Of a stretch of DNA of 64,000 nt, positions 1-10,509 are shown piece by piece. A program made the translations under genes and the position numbers. Within the stretch, counting starts at the first letter, position 1; each line of letters begins with the position of its first letter. The stretch is from Catajapyx aquilonaris (taxonomy: Eukaryota), in NCBI GenBank assembly GCA_000934665.2, contig KZ538775.1:1-64000 (forward strand), read 5' to 3'. The notes under the pieces are model-generated. The model saw only the letters and a program-made list of their open reading frames with translations. It made no database searches and was not told where the DNA came from.

Positions 1-147
1 AAGAGTGAATGAATAACTCTTTCGGAGGATGAAATGAACTAAAAGAGTTGTTTTAACTCCAGCAAAGAGTTATTATAACTCGTTTTTGGTAATGACCACT
101 TTCAAGGTTTAAAAGAGTTAATTTAACTCTTATTTTTTTAGAGAGTA
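1..147. mobile_element. Right end of a probable MITE/DNA-transposon remnant with internal AAGAGTT..AACTC palindromic subrepeats
   Basis: Four AAGAGT(T)-n-AACTC units in 140 bp ending in TTTTTTTAGAGAGTA, a TIR-like end; the left end is outside the window. Confidence 0.4.
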
Positions 148-396
148 GGTCTTGGTTCATTGAAGGAGCTGTGAGGCAATCGAGGCCACCGAATAATTAA
201 CGTAATGCTGTACAATAGTGACAAACACAACTCCTAGAAATCAGTGCATATCCTGTCGAATACCCTATATTGGATTGTGTAGTTACATGCCCTTTTAATG
301 CTCAATGATACAGGAATATATGTTTTTGTCATAATTACGCCTGAAGTAGGCTGAATATTATCGAAGAACCGAATTATGAGTAACACAAATTTTCAG

Positions 397-1763
397 GATA
401 ATCCAGAAGAGCCACCTCCACCTCCTCCAGTCCCACCCAAGAACGGGTGCGTCTGCGTGCCTTTCTACCAGTGCAACAATGGCACTGTCAACAAGGATGG
501 CACGGGCCTGATCGACATCCGATACGACACCAGGACCTGCACCAATCTGATCGAAATCTGCTGCAATGTAAGACTCTCCAGGAAAAAAAAAGTGTCGCAA
601 CTAGACCTATCTTTTTAATTCCAGCCTGACGAAGTGAACGAATCCGGAGTGATACCAAAGCCGACAGTGGCTGAAGGTTGCGGCTTCAGAAACGTGGACG
701 GCGTCGGATTCAGAATCACAGGAGACAAGGAGAGCGAGACGCAGTTCGGAGAGTTCCCCTGGACAGGGATCGTCCTCAGGAGAGAGATCGTCAACGACAA
801 CACTGCCGTCAACGTCTTCCAGTGTGGATGCACCCTCATCCATCCGATGGTCGCACTCACAGCCGCCCATTGCGTCTTCGGGTACGTGCACACACACAAG
901 AAAAGTGTTTCTCGAAAAAAACATCTTCGAAAATGAAGGGATTACTAAAGTGTCCGAAAGATGTTTCCCCAGAAATTAACCCAAAATGTACGTATAACTA
1001 TTCAGGAAGAGCCCTGAGAGCCTGAGGCTTCGATTCGGCGAATGGGACACGAAGACCCAGGACGAGATATACCCTCATCAGGACAGAGCAGCAGGCAAAG
1101 TGGTCATCCATGACAAGTTCTACTCTGGTGCACTTCACAACGACATCGCAGTGGTCATCCTGGACAAGCCCATCGAGCTGGCTCCAAATGTCAACATCCT
1201 CTGTCTGCCTCCTCCGGGGTCAAACTTCGATTTCGCCAAATGCATCGCCAGCGGATGGGGAAAGGACAACTTCAGTGAGTCTCTTGTGGATATATGCATA
1301 CAAAGAATACATAATTATTTAAAAAATTTGTTTCAGGCAAGAGGGGCAAGTACCAACTGATCATGAAGAAGGTGGAGCTCGGTATGGTTCCTTTCGACCA
1401 GTGCCAAACAGCGTTGAGGCAAACCAGACTCGGAAGGTACTTCAAGCTGCACAATAGCTTCGTTTGTGCCGGAGGCGAAGAAGGAAAGGACACCTGCACG
1501 GTTAGCATACATTTGTGCAAATGGATTGTCATTTGGTATTAATAATTCGTTTGTCATATTTTCAGGGTGACGGTGGTTCTCCGCTGGTGTGTCCAATAGA
1601 CGGCCAGGTGAACAGATACTACCAGGTTGGGATAGTGGCTTGGGGAATTGGGTGTGGCACCAAAGGAGTCCCAGGGGTCTACGTGAATATTCCTCTATTC
1701 ACCAACTGGATCCAGGACGTCATGTCGCAACAGGGAATCAATGACTTTTACCACAAGCCGTAA
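397..1763 (+). CDS. PPAF2: SPH1: clip-domain serine protease homologue (phenoloxidase-activating factor 2 / masquerade-like), 5'-partial
   Basis: Exons 397-567, 625-881, 1006-1274, 1337-1500, 1566-1763, all GT-AG and frame-consistent. Clip [18 protein letters not shown], then CGFRN, FGEFPW, TAAHC, HNDIA, GDGGSP (Ser->Gly). Signal-peptide exon not seen (probably left of window). AATAAA at ~1902. Confidence 0.95.
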
Positions 1764-3816
1764 TTATTAATGCGCACCTTCGTTCACCCTCGTCGGAACC
1801 ATTGTTTCTATATTTATATGACTGCCTGCAAAATCACGAGGAATGCCGTTGCGGTTCGGTGCCAGTCGTTGCATATACATGCGCTTTGTTTATCTCCACC
1901 AAATAAAACCGTTTGTGTTTTTTTGACTACACAAATTTTCACTTTCATTATTCTATGTACTCATGTCATCGAGTTCACATGTAAGTACACACCAAACGTA
2001 CTAAAGCAGCATTATGTACGTATGTAAATAATTTGTGAGGAAAAGTGCGAGACCATCACTTGAGTTATTTACTCATTGCAGCTGACAGCCGGTGTTACAC
2101 ACATATGGAACAGACTTGCATCAAAGCTCACTCATTTGCTATTTCGGGTGTTTCAATAATTGCCAGATCTAATCTCTCCGACAATCACCTGTCGCTTCAC
2201 TTTCAGGTGTGACATGTGGAAAGCCCGTACATCATAAACGTTAAATACGGGACCGTGCTGGTATACCATCCTTATACGTTAAATAAACGATGTTATTTGG
2301 GATGGCATAAAAAATTAGTCAGTGCCAGCCAGCATGACTGAGCCTTTTTTCTGCTCCCTTATTGTCCTGCACAAAAGAATTCATAAAGCAACATCACCAC
2401 TCAGTGATTTTACGACCAGCTGCATTTTGTACAATATATCATCCCGCACCATTTGCTTGTTTTTGTTTCTTTTTTTGATCGAAATAGTGGCATGAGTGTG
2501 TATGATCTCTACAAACAAATTAATCGCGAACAAAAACAACAAATATGCACAACTCGTATAAATAAGCCTTCTCATTCCCATTAGTGGAATTAAGTTAATA
2601 AAGTCAAGTAATGGAATTTTCAGGCAGATGAAGAGCACTCTATTTGGTTCGGTTTATTGGAAGGGCTTGAGGTACACACTATTTATTATTGATTCTATTA
2701 CTGGCGATATGATTTAGCAATCACTTCTGTGACTGTACTGTACACAGCTGTTTCCTGTCAATCACTTGATAAATGAGCATCTTGGGCGTTGAAAAAATGT
2801 ATAAATACATAAGTACATGCAGTCGGTAATAATAAAAGAACGCCCACATTAATGTACAATTCAACCGCAAATTTACGGAAGTAAGGCAATGTACACTACT
2901 GTAATGCATTCTGCACTACTTGGGTGTATGCAAATGAGATGAGATTATGCAGTTGATCGGGCATGGGACATATATAATTATGTGTTAAAAATCTAAACAA
3001 GACACATTACCTGCTTGAGTTATTCTTGGTTTTTCCCGTTTATTTTGACGGGCCCCAGCAAAATCCTATATACAAACAGTTCGAGAAACATCACGTTGCA
3101 CATATACGTAGTATACCATTCTAGAAAAAAGTTGTATGGACACAATCTATATGCTTATAAGCTGTCACGGCTGGTGAACAATATAATGAAATTCCGAACT
3201 GCATTCACACGGACGATGATTCCTGTGAAGCAGGTGACTACATGTTATTCATATAAAGTTCAATATCTTCTGCATTGTAAAGCACACTGACGAATTCCCC
3301 ATCATCCACTTTCGTGACCGGACAATCAGAGTGCATCGAGCGTGAAGTTTTCCGAGAGCAGGGTGCTGGGATGTACCATGATTAAATTCCACGAAAAACC
3401 CCCATTTTGCAGTATACGGTATGTATTATAATTATAGCTTACGTAAAATGTTTTAATATAATTCGGGCCTATAAAAACAACATATGCCTTTTGGATTATA
3501 GCTGCAGATTTCCTTCAACCGTATCCGACTCAGAAGTCAGAATGAATGCAAATGAAAAGCACGTACGACTTCGAAGGTCACGATCTAAGAAGTGGTATAC
3601 AAAAAGAAAGAAAAAACCCTCGAAACTTCCCCATGGCATCACAATTCCGTACACAAAAACCCCGCCAATGAGTGTGCACACCATCGTGGCCAGTATTTAT
3701 GTTCGCCGGCTCACTAAAACTTGTCTCGTTCCAAGGGTTGGCTGGCATAGAATTTGTGGGATCGGTCAGAAAACATACTCAGGGGTTTTCTCTCCACAAC
3801 CCCCAAAAAAAGAAGC

Positions 3817-4287
3817 ATGAAAACCCTATTGTTAGTCCTCCTGCTGGGAGCGTTGGCTGCAGCCGCACCTCGATCACCTGGTGAATCGGTAAGTGACGGG
3901 CCTTTCAAGGTGTAACTGACATTAATTGAACGCTTGGGGGGTCAAGGGGCAATTTGCTCTTCAATTTTTTATGAGCACGCCCAAATGGGGGGGCTCTTTT
4001 TTTCTATGGAAGAAACGTAACCTGTGCCTGATTGTTCATGCCCGTGAATATATATATTTCCTCTAAACCAGGTGGAGGATGCAAGTCCATCAGATGAGGA
4101 GGTCGTGACCTCCACGGATGCTGCTCCAGACTGTGTGTGCGTGCCTTTCTACCAATGTCTGAACGGAACCGTAAACCAACATGGAATAGGTCTGATAGAA
4201 GCGTTTATTCGACGAAGGAGACAAGCATCTCAAAACTGTGAGGACCGCACACAAGTGTGCTGCAAGCCATTGACTGTTCAACAATAA
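3817..4287 (+). CDS. Mini-clip A: secreted clip-domain-only peptide (95 aa) with internal RRRR site
   Basis: Exons 3817-3888 (MKTLLLVLLLGALAAAAPRSPGES, donor gtaagt) and 4072-4287 ([71 protein letters not shown]). Six clip cysteines; AATAAA overlaps the stop. Confidence 0.88.
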
Positions 4288-4485
4288 AAAATAATACATA
4301 ACAAATAATTCATTCATTTCTCTTCGATTTATGACAATAACGTGTGCAAAAAATTGATGGGAAATTTATTTTTTCTGATAGCATATCCACTCTTCTCTTA
4401 AATATGCATATGCACTGAGCTAAGTTATAGACATGATAATTATAGTGAAAGGCCCTTTTTTTTTAAATGCAGCATTGCGACGTAA

Positions 4486-4633
4486 GGGACTTCCAGAAAC
4501 TCTTCGGGGATTTTTGCACGCATTAAGCCATCCTGGTTGGTTATACGTCAGCTCTTTCGTATTAAAAAAAACCACACTACCTGATAAACACTGAGGAGGC
4601 CCTTCAGAGTGATTTTCCCAGGGTCACCTGCAG
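4486..4633 (+). promoter_or_regulatory. Putative immune promoter of mini-clip B with kappaB-like sites
   Basis: GGGACTTCCA (4486-4495), GGGGATTTTT (4506-4515) and GTGATTTTCCCAGGGTCACCTGC (~4609-4631); the last motif recurs upstream of SPH2 (~6341) and SPH4 (~21291). Confidence 0.45.
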
Positions 4634-4737
4634 TTGCTTGCCTGGTTACAGGTCAGACAGACGCAATCTGTGCACCAGGGGGGTCAAACCAAGCCGCTCA
4701 TTAGGAGGGGGGGTGTCATTATTAATTATTCGCCAAC

Positions 4738-5263
4738 ATGGAGTGCAAGGTGGTAGGAATCCTTCTGTTGCTGTCGACGGCGTCGACGGCGCCTCAACAA
4801 GGTAAAGGAGATGACTACGAACTCACTGATGAGCAACTGAAGGCCATCTTTGGACCAGCAAATAATAAGCCTGTAATTATTATCGCAATCACTGCAGTGA
4901 CAGGATTGTCAAATATATTAAATCTATTTTTCTTTTGATTTTAATGCCTACCTGTAATGCCCGATAAATTAGACTTTTTTCTATGGAAGAAACGTGGTGT
5001 AACCTGTGCCTGATGTTCATGCACATGAATATTTTTTTCCAAATCAGGTGCTAAAGGATGCAAGTCCATCAGACGAGGAGGTGGTAACATCCACGGATGC
5101 TGATGCTCCAGACTGTGTGTGCGTGATTTACTACCAATGTCTGGGTGGAATCGTCAACCAACATGGAATCGGCCTGATAGACGAAGTGTTTCGACGAAGG
5201 AGACAAGCGACGCTGAAATGTGAGGACCAACATTTGTGCTGCAAGCCATTGGCTGTAAAATAA
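4738..5263 (+). CDS. Mini-clip B: secreted clip-domain-only peptide (116 aa), chimeric SPH-type exon 1 plus mini-clip exon 2
   Basis: Exons 4738-4872 (MECKVVGILLLLSTASTAPQQ...EQLKAIFGPANNKP, donor gtaatt) and 5048-5263 (VLKDASPSDEE...CVCVIYYQCLGGIVNQHGIGLIDEVFRRRRQATLKCEDQHLCCKPLAVK*). Phase-0 join; AATAAA at the stop. Confidence 0.82.
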
Positions 5264-5770
5264 ATAAAATATATTTCTCTACCAATTCATTCATTTCTCT
5301 TCGACTTTTGACAAAAGAAAATGTGGTCAGCAAAGCGTATGCTGTGGAATTTCGCATTTACTCTTGTCTGCAGACTGAAACGCGCCAGCTCTGGTTTATT
5401 TTGATCAAAATAGACTCTGTAATATCTGTAAGGTGACGCAATGAGTTAGGCATTTTTTTAAAAAAATTACGCGGCTAATTTTAACCAGTTACTTTTAGAC
5501 TCTACGTAAAAAGAAGTGTTCAGTGCAAAATATCTCTAACTTAAACAGATAATTAAATTGCACCATCCTGCATAATATGCAGCATCATATAAATTTCTTA
5601 TCGTTTTGCTTGGCTTTTAACTATCCTTTCAAAATAAAGACTCAGTTTTTTGACTACTTCTTATCAACCGATTATTCAATAAATTCTTGTAGAGAGTAAT
5701 TTTTAAATCGATTCATGACTCAAGTAGATGGAAAAATTCAATTAAGGAGTGATTGAACCAAGTGAATGAC

Positions 5771-5856
5771 ATTTTCACGTGCCATATCACGTGATGAATA
5801 ACATTTCACGTGTCGAACATCATTTCACGTGTCGACTGAAAACATCTCACGTGGTT
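5771..5856. repeat. Short degenerate repeat with five TCACGTG E-boxes
   Basis: CACGTG at 5776, 5788, 5807, 5826 and 5848, each preceded by T. Confidence 0.7.
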
Positions 5857-6485
5857 CGAAAAAAAGGGGTCCCTGAAATAATCTTAGAGTGTACTGATAT
5901 TAAGCTATTTACAATCCGGTCACTATTCAAAGTTCAAATACATTTTTGCTGATGGCAATTCCAGTAAAATCCAGTAACCATCAGCTGCACACATTGTAAA
6001 AGCTATAAAAGTTTGACAAGGCAACGTCCAGCGCCCCATGCCCCATATATGTGTTTTTTTTCGCATTATGACCCGCAATCATCCTGCCCGTTGCTGACAC
6101 AATGAGACATCCGACATATAAGGTCATTGAGCTTCAGATTTTTCCCAAAACGCAATAAACGAAGCATCCTCTGTAGCGTGCTATATGATAAAAATTGTTA
6201 AAACGAATCAGTATGCGGGTCAGGTGCTACTGGCGACATATTTTTTCCCTGACGTCTAGTTGGTGTATACGTCACACCTGGACAAACGGCCCCAACTTGG
6301 CGAAAACCACACCTGCCCGAGGGCACATTTTTCTTCATGAGTGGTTTCCAGGGTCACCCTGCACTTGCCAGGAGGCCGCGGGATTATATATTCGCCAACG
6401 TCACGCGTCTCTCGGCATCTCCAGGACTTTCAGGTAATAATCGCCAGACCACAAGAAGGTGCGCACGTGTCTTCCAGTGATTGAC

Positions 6486-8709
6486 ATGGAGTGGAAGACA
6501 GTCTGTGGTGTCGTCGCGTTTCTGTGCCTCGTTCTCGTGGGTTTGACGTCGACGGCGCCTCAGCAGCCAGAGGACGTCCCTGACGTGCCTGACGAGGACT
6601 TCGACGCAGTTTTCGGATCCAAACAAGACTACGAAAACAGGACTGTATGTCGTCTCGTAAAGACTTCCCATTTTTTGTACAAATATTCACCACACAGAAT
6701 TGTAGAGTTGAGAGTTCATGTGGAAAATTGTTTGCAGTTTATTACTTGAAATAACACCTACTCTCTGCTGAATCTGGGAGCAATTTCGATTTTTAGATCA
6801 ATAGTAAAATAACTAAATGAGAAGCAATTTTAAAAAATCCCTCAAAAATACTGGAAATTTTTTCGAGCAATGAACGAGTGCAAAGGCACTCCAAGTAATA
6901 CAAAAACATGTATGAAATTCCAACAATTTACTTGTGTAAATAAAATGTCAGCACATAATTATTCGTAGCAGCTAAACTGGTTCTCTCAAGTTCTACATCA
7001 GTTCGGAGAAAATCTACAAAAAAAAACTTTTGCGCATTATCTTGGGAGTTATTCGTGCTTCAATTACTGATTATAAATTTACAGAGTTAATAAATTATTC
7101 ATGAATTTCATTAACTGCTTGTATGCTGTAGTGTAAGCAATCAATATATTCATTTTGTGGGAATAGTTTTTTAATGTCAGAAGCATTCATAGATAATATT
7201 ACAGCATAATATGCAGGCCTGTTTATTAGTACCGTTCTAAGAATAAATATTTAATCTGATAATATATTTATTTCAGAGTAATCCTGAGCCGCCATTACCA
7301 CCACCGATACCTCCCAGTGACGGATGCGTATGTGTGCCTTTCTACCAATGTGTAGATGGCAAAGTGAATGAGGATGGAACTGGACTGATTGACATCAGAG
7401 CTGAAGCTAGGGCCTGCCTCAACCGCTTTGATGTCTGTTGCAATGTAAGATATCCTCATCAAAATAATATTATGTAACTACTTAATTACTGCACAGTTAA
7501 AATGCGGTTGTCACCTGGCAGCATATTAATTTCCTACATTTAAAGGTGCAAATTAATTTCAGGTTGGAGATGTGGATAGAGAAATTCCAATACCCAAACA
7601 GACTCCTGTTGAGGGTTGCGGTTTCCGCAATGTAGACGGAGTGGGCTTTAGAATCATAGGAGATGAGGACAACGAGGCCCAGTTTGGAGAATTTCCATGG
7701 ACAGGCATTGTTATGAGGCGAGAGATCATTGATGACAAGACTGCTGTCAACATTTTCCAATGTGGCTGTGCTGTCATCCACCCGTCAGTTGTGATTACTG
7801 CTGCCCACTGTGTGAATGGGTAAGTGTGTGGCGATATTACACCTCAAATGGTGACAACAATAACTGAGTCGATTTGACATTCTTTCTAGAAAGAGACCAA
7901 GCATCCTCAGGCTCCGATTTGGTGAGTGGGACACAAAAACACTGGAAGAGCTCTACCCTCACCAAGATCGTGGTGCTGTCAAAGTCGTAGTCCACGAAGA
8001 GTTCAGTTCTGGTTCTCTCCACAATGACATTGCCGTCATCATCCTTGACAAGCCTGTTGAAATTGCTCCCAATGTCAACACCCTTTGCCTGCCTCCTCCC
8101 GGATCAGAGTTTGACATCCCAAACTGCCTCTCAAGTGGTTGGGGCAAAAACAACTTTGGTATGTCCTATTTATGCCGTTGTACACTATTTCTGGCACTTT
8201 TTTTTTGTTATGGCTTAATATTTTTGTAGAGAAAAGAGGAAAATACCAGCTGATCATGAAGAAGGTTGAGTTGGGAATGGTTCCCCACCATGCCTGCCAA
8301 GATGCACTACGGACCACACGGCTTGGGCACTACTTTAGGTTGCACAAAAGCTTTGTTTGTGCTGGTGGAGAAGAAAGAAAGGATACTTGCACGGTAGGAC
8401 ATTTATGATTAATAAATAATGCCACCAAGTTGCAATTGCAATCTTTTGCAAACACAAACTGTAAATACACCTTACTCTGTATATTAATTTTAAAACTTGT
8501 TAATTTTTCAGGGTGATGGTGGCTCCCCATTGATTTGCCCAATAGATGGCAAAATCAACCGATACTATCACGTGGGAATTGTTGCATGGGGGATAGGCTG
8601 CGGCATGAAGGGAGTCCCTGGAGTCTATACCAATGTTCCGCTCTACACCACCTGGATTGAAGATGTTATGACAAGAAATGGAATCACAGATTTTAGTCAT
8701 AAGCCATAA
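6486..8709 (+). CDS. PPAF2: SPH2: clip-domain serine protease homologue (PPAF2/masquerade-like), complete
   Basis: Exons 6486-6644, 7277-7444, 7563-7819, 7890-8158, 8230-8393, 8512-8709. Signal peptide [24 protein letters not shown], acidic DFDAVFG motif, clip [34 protein letters not shown]. Confidence 0.95.
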
Positions 8710-9117
8710 ATGTTGTGATAGTCTCCGCCTGTGTATGTACACAAAAATGCTAAGCAATATTATTTATGACAGTCAATGTCATGAGGAATGCATGTGTGGC
8801 TGCCAAATAAATTTCATCTTCCAGGAATTAAATATCCATTTTTTTTGCAATTCTTCAACATCCTCACTTGACGCACAAGCTTTACTTCTTAGAAGTACAC
8901 ACCCTTGCATGTACGTGCAACTACCAAGGTCACTACACCAGAGAGGTTTTAAAAACCCTGTTTCCCGATCAACATGCACTTGAACAACGTTAAAAAAACT
9001 AGCCTATGACGGAGTTCACTAGTCAAACTGGTACATGACCCAGCAAACTGGAAAGTCACAATTTTCGCAGCCTTGCTTCTCATCAGTCAGACAGTCTCAG
9101 GGTTCCTCTCATCAAGA

Positions 9118-9453
9118 ATGAAAATTCTACTGTTAGTCCTCCTTCTGGGAACATTGGCTGCAGGTGCACCTCAATTGGCACGCGAATCGGTAAGTGGTCA
9201 ATTTTCAATTTGTTACGCTCGCTGACTTTAACGGTAATTTTATATGAACCAGGCAGGTGTGCATGACAGCACATCAGTTGCAACAAAGGCCATTGAGAAT
9301 GACTGCGTCTGCATACCCGATTATCTGTGTCTGAATGGAACTATCAATCAGCATGGTATTGGACTCATTGAAATCCATAGACGAAAGCGAGAAACATCAT
9401 GCAAAGAGGCAGATGAAGTGTGCTGTAAGCCAACAGCACTTGTTCAGCCTTAA
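9118..9453 (+). CDS. Mini-clip C: secreted clip-domain-only peptide (90 aa) with internal RRKR site
   Basis: Exons 9118-9189 (MKILLLVLLLGTLAAGAPQLARES, donor gtaagt) and 9253-9453 (AGVHDSTSVATKAIENDCVCIPDYLCLNGTINQHGIGLIEIHRRKRETSCKEADEVCCKPTALVQP*). AATAAA at ~9526. Confidence 0.88.
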
Positions 9454-10509
9454 GGCTTCCATATTTAACCATTACACCAACCCTTTGTTTTAAAATCTTG
9501 ACTCGCAACATTGTGTAAAGCAATTAATAAAATATAAAAAAATTATCTGCGGTCTGACTGTGAATGACTCTCTCGCAAAGACTGGCACTCCACATGTAAT
9601 GTAGATCGATTACATTTATGGTGGTCATCATCAGGCAGACAGGCATTAAATCAGTCTAGAGTGTGAGTCAAAAACACCTTACATTACACGGTTAGTTTTA
9701 CAACTGGAAATTGCTATCACAACTGACAGTTACTCACTACAACCAGTCATAAAAGTGGACCATTACCACGCCCCTAATAAAGGCAAGTAATATTATTTCT
9801 AAAAAGCTCTCACAGCGATCAGGCAATCATAGCCAATTTAATGCACCAATTTCTCACCAATAGTGTTGTTCATGAGAGGTTATTGGACAACGGGTAATAT
9901 TATTCTTGTGTATTTCCACCAGCTGTTAATACATTGAGCATGAAATCACAAATGCATCCCTAAATCACCATGATGCGGACTTCCTTTTCTCCTTCCAGTA
10001 CTCCACAGGCAACAGTCACATTACACCGGAAAGGTAGCATTTTGAAGGAAACAACATTTTCGATGTAGAGGGAAACTTTTTGGCTCACCTGTGCTTTTCT
10101 AGGGCCTTTATGAATATTCATACTATTTCTGATACAATGTACTCCAATGCATTGCGTCATATTCATACATATTTACAGTTCAGGATAATGCGATAATTGA
10201 CAGGATAATGATACGGGTACATTATCCTGAATAAATGACACTTGCAGCTTTGAAGTGCAAACTACAGATCAATTCAGTCCTAAGCAAGTTACCTACTTCC
10301 GATATTACAATTGTGACAATTGAATATTAATTGACCATTGATTGCCTTTCGATCTGCTTGTTACGGTTAGAAAATTGGTCATGTCTTGCGTTACAATATA
10401 AGGAACTGCCTGCAGCAACTTCTACCTTTTGCAATGCAAGCCCACTAATATATTACTTTGAAAAGACTATGAAGAGTAATAATATGATGGTACTGTACTT
10501 TGTACTCAC

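Noticed and set aside
4801..4807. Alternative donor G|gtaaag for mini-clip B exon 1
   Set aside because: Phase 1, out of frame with the phase-0 acceptor at 5048; the donor at 4873 preserves the frame and the IFG motif.
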